Made by a program: the position numbers and the translations under genes | Shown here: positions 18,318 through 26,585 of the stretch, in pieces | Layout of the letters: the number at the start of each line of letters is the position of its first letter | How positions within the stretch are numbered: position 1 is the stretch's first letter | DNA from: Thermosulfurimonas dismutans | GTDB lineage: Bacteria; Desulfobacterota; Thermodesulfobacteria; Thermodesulfobacteriales; Thermodesulfobacteriaceae | NCBI RefSeq assembly: GCF_001652585.1 | Contig: NZ_LWLG01000014.1 | Span: 33,260 to 65,259, forward strand | DNA: 32,000 nt | Direction: 5' to 3' | The notes under the pieces: generated by a model | What the model was told of the DNA's origin: nothing | The model's database searches: none | Seen by the model: the letters and a program-made list of their open reading frames with translations, nothing else

Positions 18318-19232
18318 ATGGGTTTTAAAGAACGGATAGAGTTTTTTGTTTGCGAAAACTATCGCCCGGATCGATTGAAAAGGGCTATAGCCTTTCTTTT
18401 GGAAAAATTAAGTTTTCAGGTTTCCTCGGGGACTCGGGTCTTAGTTAAACCCAATCTGGTGTCTGCCCGTAATGCGGCTCTTTCCTGTACACATCCTGAG
18501 ATAGTGCGAGCAGTCTGTGAATGGCTAATTGAGAAAAGAGCCGAGGTTACAGTTGGAGATTCACCGGCCTTTGGGACCACTCGTGGTGTAGCCCGAGCCG
18601 CGGGCCTTGTGAGGGCCCTTTCCGATCTACCGGTCAAAATCGTTAGTTTTAGCCCTTCGCGTCCCATAAAGCTTGCTTGTGGGGTCACGGTGAAACTTGC
18701 CCGGGAGGCCCTTTGTGCGGATCTAATCGTGAACCTCCCCCGTTTCAAGGCCCACGACCAATTGCTCCTAACGCTTGCGGTCAAGAATCTTTTTGGGTGT
18801 GTGGTGGGACTGCAAAAACCTTTGTTCCACGCCCGCTTCGGTGAAAGGGGAGATCTTTTTTATCGCGTGATCCTTGAGGTAAGTGAGCTTTTACCGGTGG
18901 GCCTGAACCTGATGGATGCCATCGTGGCCATGGAGGGCCGGGGGCCTACCACTGGCCGCCCCAAGAATCTTGGCCTTCTCTGGGCCTCAAGAAGCGCCGT
19001 GGCTTTGGATACCGCCATTTATCTGGCCCTCGATCTTTCTCCGGAGGAGGTTCCCCTCTGGCAAACGGCTCAGAAGATGCGGCTATATGGTGCCAGACCC
19101 GAGGAGGTAGCTTTCCCGTCCGATTTTCCGGATCTTTCGGATTTTAGATTGCCTGAGAAGCCTTCCCCGGTGAGCTTTCACCCCCTGCGCCTGATCCGTG
19201 GGATCTTAAAACGGTTACTAATGAAAATCTGA
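18318..19232 (+). CDS. DUF362 domain protein
   Basis: 304 aa with the DUF362-like strings GTRVLVKPNLV and LMDAIVAMEGRGPTTGRP. No ferredoxin-type Cys cluster is appended. Confidence 0.65.
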   Translation: MGFKERIEFFVCENYRPDRLKRAIAFLLEKLSFQVSSGTRVLVKPNLVSARNAALSCTHPEIVRAVCEWLIEKRAEVTVGDSPAFGTTRGVARAAGLVRALSDLPVKIVSFSPSRPIKLACGVTVKLAREALCADLIVNLPRFKAHDQLLLTLAVKNLFGCVVGLQKPLFHARFGERGDLFYRVILEVSELLPVGLNLMDAIVAMEGRGPTTGRPKNLGLLWASRSAVALDTAIYLALDLSPEEVPLWQTAQKMRLYGARPEEVAFPSDFPDLSDFRLPEKPSPVSFHPLRLIRGILKRLLMKI

Positions 19233-19247
19233 GACCTTGTTCTTCAA

Positions 19248-19271
19248 AAATGTATTTGTAATACTACATTT
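19248..19271. promoter_or_regulatory. Inverted repeat upstream of the RHH gene (candidate operator)
   Basis: aaatgta (19248-19254) and tacattt (19265-19271) form a perfect 7-bp inverted repeat separated by 10 nt. It lies 23 nt upstream of the RHH start codon. Confidence 0.35.
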
Positions 19272-19293
19272 AGAAACCAACCGAAGGAGAATT

Positions 19294-19551
19294 ATGGGAA
19301 CGGTGGTGAAATCTATTCGGGTTGAAGAGGAATTGTGGGAGGCGATTAAAGATTTGAGTCGAGAAGAAAAGAAGCCTATCAGCCGGATTGTGGCGGAAGC
19401 CATTCAGAAATACTTGGAAGAAAGGCGGATTAAAGGAAAGATTAAGGCCATCCGGGAACTGCCGAGGCTCTCTTTAGGGGGAGAGCCCTTCAGGAGAGAG
19501 GATTTATATGAAGATCGGTATTGGTACCAATGTGTTTTACTATGCCATTGA
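19294..19551 (+). CDS. Ribbon-helix-helix (CopG/VapB-like) antitoxin-type DNA-binding protein
   Basis: The start is set at the ATG at 19294, with aaggag 5 nt upstream. The RHH opening is MGTVVKSIRVEEELWEAIKDLSREEKKPISRIVAEAIQKYL. The C-terminal tail runs 44 nt into the PIN remnant, which is atypical and suggests local decay. Confidence 0.7.
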   Translation: MGTVVKSIRVEEELWEAIKDLSREEKKPISRIVAEAIQKYLEERRIKGKIKAIRELPRLSLGGEPFRREDLYEDRYWYQCVLLCH

Positions 19552-19660
19552 TTGTGACAATCCTTTCCATCTGGAAGCTAGGGAAAAGCTAGAAGCTCTG
19601 GTAAAAAAGCGGAAAGGCAGTCACGACTCAACAGAATCTCATACCTTAAAATCTGGATAA
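19508..19660 (+). pseudogene. Truncated PIN-domain (VapC-like) toxin remnant
   Basis: A 50-codon ORF, MKIGIGTNVFYYAIDCDNPFHLEAREKLEALVKKRKG..., matches the first third of a PIN domain. The first catalytic Asp is replaced by Gly (IGIGTNV instead of IxxDTNV). A shifted frame gives GKAVTTQQNLIP then a stop. The remaining two-thirds of the domain is absent, and engB starts 3 nt later. Confidence 0.6.
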
Positions 19661-19663
19661 ATA

Positions 19664-20260
19664 ATGTCCTTCCGTGAAATCCAATTCGTAAAGAGTGTGG
19701 TAAGGCCGGAGGATCTTCCGGTTCCTGGGCTTCCGGAGGTGGCCTTTCTCGGCCGTTCCAATGTGGGAAAGTCCTCCCTCATTAATGCCTTTCTCGGCCG
19801 CAAGAAGCTCGCCCGGGTCTCTTCCACACCAGGGTTTACTCGGGCCCTTAACATTTTCCGGGTAGACCACCGCTTCCTGGTGGTAGATCTTCCGGGCTAC
19901 GGTTTCGCTAAAGTTCCTCCCCGGGTGCAACAGGCCTGGAAGCGCCTTATAGAGGGTTATCTCTCGGCCCCCAGGCCTTTGAAGCTTTTGGTACTCATTT
20001 TTGACATTCGCCGCCAACCGGACGAACTGGATCAGAGGCTTATAGAATACGTCAACGCTTTAGAAAGGCCTTTTATCGCAGTACTCAACAAGATCGACAA
20101 ACTTCCGCGCACCAAAATAATCTCGGCCAAAAAGAGTTGGCAGGAAGCTCTATCTCTTCCTGAGGAAAAGGTTTTTCTTACCTCTTGTCGGACAGGGGCG
20201 GGGGTAGTAAATGTAAGGAATATAATCCTAGAAGTCTTAAAAAATAGGGGGCGCAAATGA
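19664..20260 (+). CDS. engB: Ribosome-biogenesis GTPase EngB/YsxC/YihA
   Basis: 198 aa with G1 GRSNVGKSSLINAF, G3 DLPGYG and G4 NKIDKL. Confidence 0.9.
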   Translation: MSFREIQFVKSVVRPEDLPVPGLPEVAFLGRSNVGKSSLINAFLGRKKLARVSSTPGFTRALNIFRVDHRFLVVDLPGYGFAKVPPRVQQAWKRLIEGYLSAPRPLKLLVLIFDIRRQPDELDQRLIEYVNALERPFIAVLNKIDKLPRTKIISAKKSWQEALSLPEEKVFLTSCRTGAGVVNVRNIILEVLKNRGRK

Positions 20261-20580
20261 AAAAGCTGGTGATGAGCTTGGTGGGGGTGGGCTTGCTTCT
20301 TGGAGGTGTAGGGCTAGCTTCCGGGGCCGACCTTAAGAAGGGCGAGAAGCTTTTTCGGCGGTATTGCAGTTTCTGTCATCCTGATGGTGGCAATACTATT
20401 CGTTCAGAAAGAAATCTCAAACGCGATACCCTGATAAAGAACGGAATTACCTCCCCTGAAGGCATCATTGAGAAGATGCGTCGTCCAGGGCGGGGAATGC
20501 CTGCCTTTTCTGAAAAGCGGATCTCTCCAGAAGATGCCGAAAGTATAGCCCACTACATCTGGGAGGCCTTTAAAGACTAA
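20257..20580 (+). CDS. Periplasmic class I mono-haem cytochrome c (c553-like)
   Basis: 107 aa with a signal peptide, the haem motif CSFCHP and a distal Met region RRPGRGMPAF. The ATGA overlaps the engB stop. Confidence 0.8.
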   Translation: MKKLVMSLVGVGLLLGGVGLASGADLKKGEKLFRRYCSFCHPDGGNTIRSERNLKRDTLIKNGITSPEGIIEKMRRPGRGMPAFSEKRISPEDAESIAHYIWEAFKD

Positions 20581-21730
20581 AGAGCGATAGGTTTCGGGCC
20601 GGTCGTTTCCCTCCGATGGTGATGAAAGGCAGGGCCCGTTCAACTCTTATTCCTAAGCGAGCTAGCCCCTTCGTAGTGAGGACACAGTCTTTTCTCAAAG
20701 AAAGGAGTTTCTTGGCTGAACGAGGCCCTATCCCTGGAACCCTGATGAGCTCCTCATAGGAGGCCTTCTTTAACTCTACCGGAAAGAATTCCGGGTGTCT
20801 TTCGGCCCAGGAAAGCTTGGGGTCCTTGGCAAGATCTAAGTTTTTCCCGGGGCCGAGAAGTTCCTCGTAACTAAAACCGTAGAGCCGCATGAGGAAATCG
20901 GCCTCATAAAGACGCCGTTCTCTAAGGAGCGGTGGGGGAGTTTCTTTCGGTGGGAGCCGATGGTCATCGTTTACCGGGAGATAGGCCGAAAAGTACATGC
21001 GTTTGAGAAGTCCCTGGCGATAGAGGTTTTGGGCCGCACGCAGGATATCGTAGTCTGTCTCTTGGGTGGCTCCCACGATGACCTGGGTGGTAAGAGAGGT
21101 CGGAAGTTCCTCCTCCAGTTTAAACCTCCGGGCTTGGGCTAAGGCCCCTACGAGAATTCGTTTTTCCTTTCCTGGGGCGAGGAGGGCCAGGCTCTTTCTC
21201 CTTACAAACTCCAGGTTGGCGCTTACCCGGTTGGCGAGCCTTACCGCCTGACGCACAAGCTCCGGATCAGAGCCCGGAAGGAGCTTGAGGTGAAGGTAAC
21301 CCCGAAAGCTGTAAACTTGTCGAAGGAGTCTTGCGACCTCTAGCATGCGCTCCATGGTGTAATCCGCGGAGCGGGCCACCGCCGAGCTCAGGAATATTCC
21401 CCGGATTACACCCTTTCGGTAAAGTTCCATGGCCAGCTCGGCCAATTCCCGGGGTTCAAAGCTTGCCCGTGGAACGTCCTTTGAGGCCCGATTCACGCAA
21501 TAGACACAATCATAACGGCACCGATTGGTAAAAAGGACTTTGAGGAGCGGCAGACACCGGCCGTCGGCGGTCTGGGCCAGATAGATACCGGGGATGCGCC
21601 TTCGGCCCTCAAAGGAGGCCGGCGCTTCCCGCTTAAAGCCCGTCCCGGTGCAGGAGTGGTCGTAACTGGCCGCCGCCCCCAGGATCTCGAGCTTTTCCCA
21701 GACAGTCATTTTCCAAAAAGTCTTAGACAT
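20570..21730 (-). CDS. Putative DNA modification/repair radical-SAM protein (TIGR03916-like) with a C-terminal helix-hairpin-helix
   Basis: 386 aa. The N-terminus is KLEILGAAASYDHSC. The radical-SAM core is LLKVLFTNRCRYDCVYCVNRAS...IRGIFLSSAV. The C-terminus is YEELIRVPGIGPRSAKKLLSLR. It matches my recollection of this family along its whole length. Confidence 0.8.
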   Translation of the reverse strand: MSKTFWKMTVWEKLEILGAAASYDHSCTGTGFKREAPASFEGRRRIPGIYLAQTADGRCLPLLKVLFTNRCRYDCVYCVNRASKDVPRASFEPRELAELAMELYRKGVIRGIFLSSAVARSADYTMERMLEVARLLRQVYSFRGYLHLKLLPGSDPELVRQAVRLANRVSANLEFVRRKSLALLAPGKEKRILVGALAQARRFKLEEELPTSLTTQVIVGATQETDYDILRAAQNLYRQGLLKRMYFSAYLPVNDDHRLPPKETPPPLLRERRLYEADFLMRLYGFSYEELLGPGKNLDLAKDPKLSWAERHPEFFPVELKKASYEELIRVPGIGPRSAKKLLSLRKDCVLTTKGLARLGIRVERALPFITIGGKRPARNLSLFSL

Positions 21731-23283
21731 TCAAAAAGCCTGGTCTTCACCTTTTCAGCCAGGTTTTTCGGGGGTTCGGTGGTCTCAAGGCGAAGCAGGT
21801 TTTCAGGTGGAATCTCTCCCGGGGCCTCAAAGCGTTTCTTCTGGGCTAAATAGATCTCCCAGCGTCCGTCCGAGGGTTCCTCTGCTTCTTGCGCCCGTCT
21901 CTCAAGCCTTTCCCGGATAACCTCAGCTGGAGCCTCGCAAAGGATGAAGAGGATCGGCACTTCCAGTTTTCGGGCCAGCTGCAACAGGGTTTCTCGGTGG
22001 GCGCGCTTGCGGTAGGTGGCATCAAGCACCACATCCCGGCCGGAGGTGAGGGACGCCTCCGCCCGCCGCAGGAGTTCCTCATAGGTGCGCTCGGTCATCT
22101 CCGGGGCGTAAAGTCCCTTTTCAAAGGGTTCGTAGCGGTGTTCTGAGGGTAAAAGGCCCGCAAGCTCCTTTCTTACTACATCCGAGTTGTAGTATTCCGC
22201 AAGGAGTTCGGCGTAAAGTGTACGGCCTAAAACACTCTTTCCCGTGCCCGAAAGCCCGAAGACCACGATAAGAAAAGGTTTTCCCCCGGCATAGCGGTAG
22301 GCCAAATCAAAGTACCTGCGGGCGGCGGTAAGAGCGGCCTCGCGCTCTTCCTGCGGCACCCCCTCCGAAGCCCAGGTAAAACAGCCGATCTTTCCTCGCA
22401 CGTAAGCTCGATAGCACTTATAAAAGTCGAGGATGTCGTAAAGCCTGCGGTCATTGGAGAGTTCCACATAGCGCTCAATAAAGAAGCGGGAAAAATCCTC
22501 CAGGCCATGAAAATCGAGATCCATGGAAAGAAAAGCCAGATCCTGGGCTACATCCCCGCAGCGGAAACGCTCATTAAACTCTATACAGTCAAAGACATAG
22601 ACCTCGCGCAGATCGTCGTAACAGACATTGGCGGAGTAGAGGTCTCCGTGCCCGTCCCGGATAAAGCCCCCTTCTATGCGGGCGGAAAAGAGGGCCTGAT
22701 TTTCCTCCATAAAACGCCTGGACCAGGAAACAATATACTCATAGCGCAGGCGACTTAAGGCCTTTCCCACGAAATCCCGGGTCTGCTCAAAATTTTCCTC
22801 CACATTGAAGCGCACGGTCTCAAGGCTTCCGTAGCGGTTAACTTCGGGGCCGGTCTCGGCCTCCTGATAAAAAGGTACAAGTTTTTGGACGAGAAGCTCC
22901 AAATGATTGCGGGTAAGGGCACCTTCTCTTATGAGGCGGCTCATCATGCCTTCTTCTGGAAGACGTCTCATTTTAACTGCCCATTCCACCACCTCGCCCT
23001 CACCCTCAAACCGAAAACCATCCGTGGTCTTCACCACCGGAACCACCCCGAGGTAAATGTCAGGGCAGAGCCTGCGGTTTAGAACCACTTCCCTTTCGCA
23101 GAAGTGTTTGCGTTTTTCCAGGGTGGTGAAGTCCAGGAAGCCGAAGTCCACCGGTTTTTTTATCTTATAGACCAGTTCGCCTGCCAGAAAGACCCAGGAA
23201 ATGTGCGTTTGTCTAAGCTCGATCCGTTCAGGCCGATGGGGATAAGCCTCGGGACCCAAAAGATCTTCTATTAACCTTTCCAT
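21706..23283 (-). CDS. Bifunctional APH-like phosphotransferase / P-loop (AAA_33-type) kinase protein
   Basis: 525 aa. The N-terminal roughly 330 aa has a protein-kinase/APH-like fold (ELVYKIKKPV, IRDGHGDLYSANV, VYVFDCIEFNERF). The C-terminal roughly 170 aa carries Walker A VFGLSGTGKSVLGRTL. Its 3' end overlaps the radical-SAM start by 25 nt. Confidence 0.75.
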   Translation of the reverse strand: MERLIEDLLGPEAYPHRPERIELRQTHISWVFLAGELVYKIKKPVDFGFLDFTTLEKRKHFCEREVVLNRRLCPDIYLGVVPVVKTTDGFRFEGEGEVVEWAVKMRRLPEEGMMSRLIREGALTRNHLELLVQKLVPFYQEAETGPEVNRYGSLETVRFNVEENFEQTRDFVGKALSRLRYEYIVSWSRRFMEENQALFSARIEGGFIRDGHGDLYSANVCYDDLREVYVFDCIEFNERFRCGDVAQDLAFLSMDLDFHGLEDFSRFFIERYVELSNDRRLYDILDFYKCYRAYVRGKIGCFTWASEGVPQEEREAALTAARRYFDLAYRYAGGKPFLIVVFGLSGTGKSVLGRTLYAELLAEYYNSDVVRKELAGLLPSEHRYEPFEKGLYAPEMTERTYEELLRRAEASLTSGRDVVLDATYRKRAHRETLLQLARKLEVPILFILCEAPAEVIRERLERRAQEAEEPSDGRWEIYLAQKKRFEAPGEIPPENLLRLETTEPPKNLAEKVKTRLFECLRLFGK

Positions 23284-23340
23284 TTCGCTTGCCCTCCTTT
23301 TTCAAAGGTTTTTATGAGATCAGACGGTAAGGGTCAAGGT

Positions 23341-23368
23341 TTGCATTTATTTTGATTATGCTTATAAT
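23341..23368 (+). promoter_or_regulatory. Sigma-70-type promoter of the stomatin gene
   Basis: TTGCAT (23341-23346), a 16-nt spacer, then TATAAT (23363-23368). The SD aaagggggg precedes the ATG at 23399. Confidence 0.5.
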
Positions 23369-23398
23369 TTTAAATTAAATATCCCAAAGGGGGGCAAA

Positions 23399-24169
23399 AT
23401 GATTTATTCTTTTTATTTTTTAATTATTTTGGCTGTTTTGTTTTTGGCTTCGGCTATAAGGATACTTAGGGAATACGAACGGGCGGTGGTCTTTCGCTTG
23501 GGCCGGTTTCTTTCGGTAAAAGGCCCGGGCCTGATCATTCTCATTCCGGTTATTGACAAGATGCGCAAGGTAGATCTGCGAATAGCCACCTTGGATGTTC
23601 CTACTCAGGAGGTCATTACCCGGGACAATGTGTCCATAAATGTAAGCGCCGTGGTTTATTTCCGGGTGGTTGAGGCCGAGAAAGCCGTGATTCAGGTTGA
23701 GGATTACTATTACGCCACGAGCCAGCTTGCCCAGACCACCCTGCGGAGCATCTGCGGCCAGGCGGAGCTTGATGAGATCCTTGCCGAGCGGGATAAACTT
23801 AACGCCAAGATACAAAAGATCCTTGATGCCGACACCGAGCCCTGGGGAGTCAAGGTTTCCAAGGTGGAGATCAAGGAGATTGATCTTCCCGAAGAGATGA
23901 AGCGGGCCATGGCCAAGCAGGCCGAGGCCGAGCGTGAGCGGCGGGCCAAGATCATCAATGCCCATGGCGAACTTCAGGCCTCAGAGACCCTGGCCGAGGC
24001 GGCTCGCATTATGTCCGAACAACCGGCTTCACTTCAGCTCCGATTCTTACAGACACTGCGGGAAGTGGCTACCGAAAATAATTCCACCATTATCTTTCCG
24101 TTGCCTATCGACCTCATTAAACCTCTTTTTGAAAAACTTTCGAAGTCCACGGAAACCGAAAAGATCTAA
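23399..24169 (+). CDS. SPFH/band-7 stomatin-like protein (slipin)
   Basis: 256 aa with an N-terminal membrane anchor followed by [18 protein letters not shown]...[18 protein letters not shown]...[13 protein letters not shown] and a C-terminal coiled coil ([12 protein letters not shown]). Confidence 0.9.
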   Translation: MIYSFYFLIILAVLFLASAIRILREYERAVVFRLGRFLSVKGPGLIILIPVIDKMRKVDLRIATLDVPTQEVITRDNVSINVSAVVYFRVVEAEKAVIQVEDYYYATSQLAQTTLRSICGQAELDEILAERDKLNAKIQKILDADTEPWGVKVSKVEIKEIDLPEEMKRAMAKQAEAERERRAKIINAHGELQASETLAEAARIMSEQPASLQLRFLQTLREVATENNSTIIFPLPIDLIKPLFEKLSKSTETEKI

Positions 24170-24183
24170 AAAAACGAACCGTT

Positions 24184-24278
24184 CATGCTCTCTAAAGAGC
24201 TCAACGAGAGCATGGAAAAGTTTGGTAGGGGCGGGCTTTAGGCCCGCCCGTAATTTCAGGGCGGGATGACCCCCGCCC
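24184..24278. repeat. Three consecutive hairpins after the stomatin gene, two built on the heptamer GGGCGGG/CCCGCCC
   Basis: HP1: catgctctc (24184-24192) / gagagcatg (24206-24214). HP2: gggcgggc (24229-24236) / gcccgccc (24242-24249). HP3: gggcggg (24259-24265) / cccgccc (24272-24278). At least one probably terminates the stomatin transcript. Confidence 0.5.
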
Positions 24279-24444
24279 CTATTGAAGCTTTCCCCCATTC
24301 CGAAAGAAGAAGTCTTACACGGGACTTTGACGACCTTTTTAATACCTCCCGCCCGCCATGCAGAAATGCCCCGTCCCAGCGGCTTCAAAAGCAGATGAGC
24401 TACCCCTCTAACTTTGCACATTTAAAATTTTGCACACTTAAAAT

Positions 24445-24978
24445 GTTAAGGTGCACGGTCCAAGATTCTGGCATAGCCGGTCCAGATGTTCTGCCACTTT
24501 CTCCTCTACAAATTTAAAGGTTTTTCTGAAACAAATATCCAATAGCCCCGGGCGGGATGCTCAAAAGCCAATTTTTGAATGAGGTTTAGCAACCAGGGAG
24601 GATATTTATAATAATATAATAATTAAACTTGAAAAGGCTCGTTGAGCCAGACGGGCTAAAGGTGCTCTAGTGATTTTAGCGGCTTCTTTGAGCATAATTT
24701 TCAGTTCCTTTCGGCTAAGCCGTTTTTTAATTTCGGTAAGGTCCTGGATTTCGAGTTCTTTTTCGGCCAGCATAGCCGTTTTAGTCTGGCATTTCAGCTT
24801 CAAGAGCGTTGAGGCGATTAGCCTCGGATGCGGAGAAGCCGTGTTATTTTTGGCGCCAGCGGTAGATGATTTGCTCAACAATGCCGTACTTTCTAGCGGT
24901 AGTGGCCATGGAATTACTTGGTGCCTCGGTTTCGGACAAAATCTTTGCGATTTGGTCGATTTCAAAGCATTTTTTTAT
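24445..24978 (-). pseudogene. Decayed IS3-family transposase (orfA plus the first part of orfB); DDE core missing
   Basis: The minus strand reads (I)KKCFEIDQIAKILSETEAPSNSMATTARKYGIVEQIIYRWRQK*HGFSASEANRLNALEAE. After a frameshift it continues ...TAMLAEKELEIQDLTEIKK..., and further on PPWLLNLIQKLAFEHPARGYWIF...ARILDRAP*. This follows the IS3 OrfA pattern (FxxEQI..IL.E.E....v..l.R.hGIs..t.Y.Wr.KYgG...sEa.RL..LE.EN) and the OrfB N-terminus (..I..i..e.p.yGYrRI......rV.RLm). The expected start is ATA rather than ATG, 7 nt after aggag. There is also an in-frame TAA and at least one frameshift. Confidence 0.6.
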
Positions 24979-25012
24979 AGTGTTGCTCCTCTTTTCTAGT
25001 ATTTTCGCCTAA

Positions 25013-25201
25013 TACAAAGGGTGTGCTAAATTTGGAAGGCACTTCAAATATATGAAGCCTATTCGAAGCTTTATTTGCACCACGAATCAGCTTGAGGGAC
25101 TGATTAAGGAGGTCAAGCTGAGGCTCAAGGTAATAGAGTTTTTTGTGAGCCTGGGCACCTTCCAAGGTGGTTATCTGGTGCTCAAGGGCCTGGAGGAATA
25201 A
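25013..25201 (+). pseudogene. C-terminal fragment of an IS256-family (Mutator-type) transposase
   Basis: The open frame YKGCAKFGRHFKYMKPIRSFICTTNQLEGLIKEVKLRLKVIEFFVSLGTFQGGYLVLKGLEE* carries the family hallmark ...iR..iyTTN.iE.ln..lr.R.k....F. The preceding roughly 350 aa of such a transposase is absent. The fragment begins about where the IS3 remnant's upstream end lies. Confidence 0.45.
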
Positions 25202-25422
25202 GGGACTGTAGGAGTTGAGAGAGGACGGGCTTGGTGCCTTTAGTCTTGGCCTCCCAGAAGTTTTTGACGATTCCTTCGAGCTATTTGTTTGGGAAAAGAT
25301 AAGGTTCGAGTTTTCGTCTGGGCATGATCCACCTCCCTCCGAGATCTTTCAAATTCTACCCTTACACAAAATTTCTCCCGTCATCCTATCCAAAATTTTT
25401 TGATTCCGATTTCGATGGATGT

Positions 25423-25452
25423 TTGCAAAGAATCTATTGAATGTCATATTAT
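25423..25452 (+). promoter_or_regulatory. Candidate promoter upstream of galE-pglB
   Basis: TTGCAA (25423-25428), an 18-nt spacer, then TATTAT (25447-25452). It lies about 155 nt upstream of the galE start, just right of the IS debris. Confidence 0.3.
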
Positions 25453-25516
25453 ACCAGGGGGGAGGAAGCTCAAGGAATGGAGGAAAAAATCAGCACAAGA
25501 TAATCCGGGAATCTGA

Positions 25517-26584
<1,068 letters not shown>

Positions 26585-26585
26585 A

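Noticed and set aside
19237-19293. 19-codon extension of the RHH ORF (MFFKNVFVILHLETNRRRI)
   Set aside because: It contains the putative operator/promoter and has no SD. The ATG at 19294 has aaggag upstream and starts exactly at the RHH beta-strand.
23420-23965. 181-aa minus-strand ORF
   Set aside because: It is antisense to the stomatin gene, which has a promoter, an SD and canonical SPFH motifs.
24047-24517. ORFs 24047-24421 (-) and 24266-24517 (+)
   Set aside because: The first overlaps the stomatin 3' end and the hairpin cluster. Both are G/R/P-rich with no motifs and lie in a repeat- and IS-derived region.
24606-25403. ORFs 24606-24965 (-), 24670-24999 (+), 24962-25165 (-) and 25215-25403 (+) as real genes
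   Set aside because: They are pieces or alternative frames of the decayed IS3 and IS256 transposase genes. For example, the 119-aa ORF mixes a wrong-frame N-terminal part with the true orfA leucine-zipper frame. None is an intact coding sequence.
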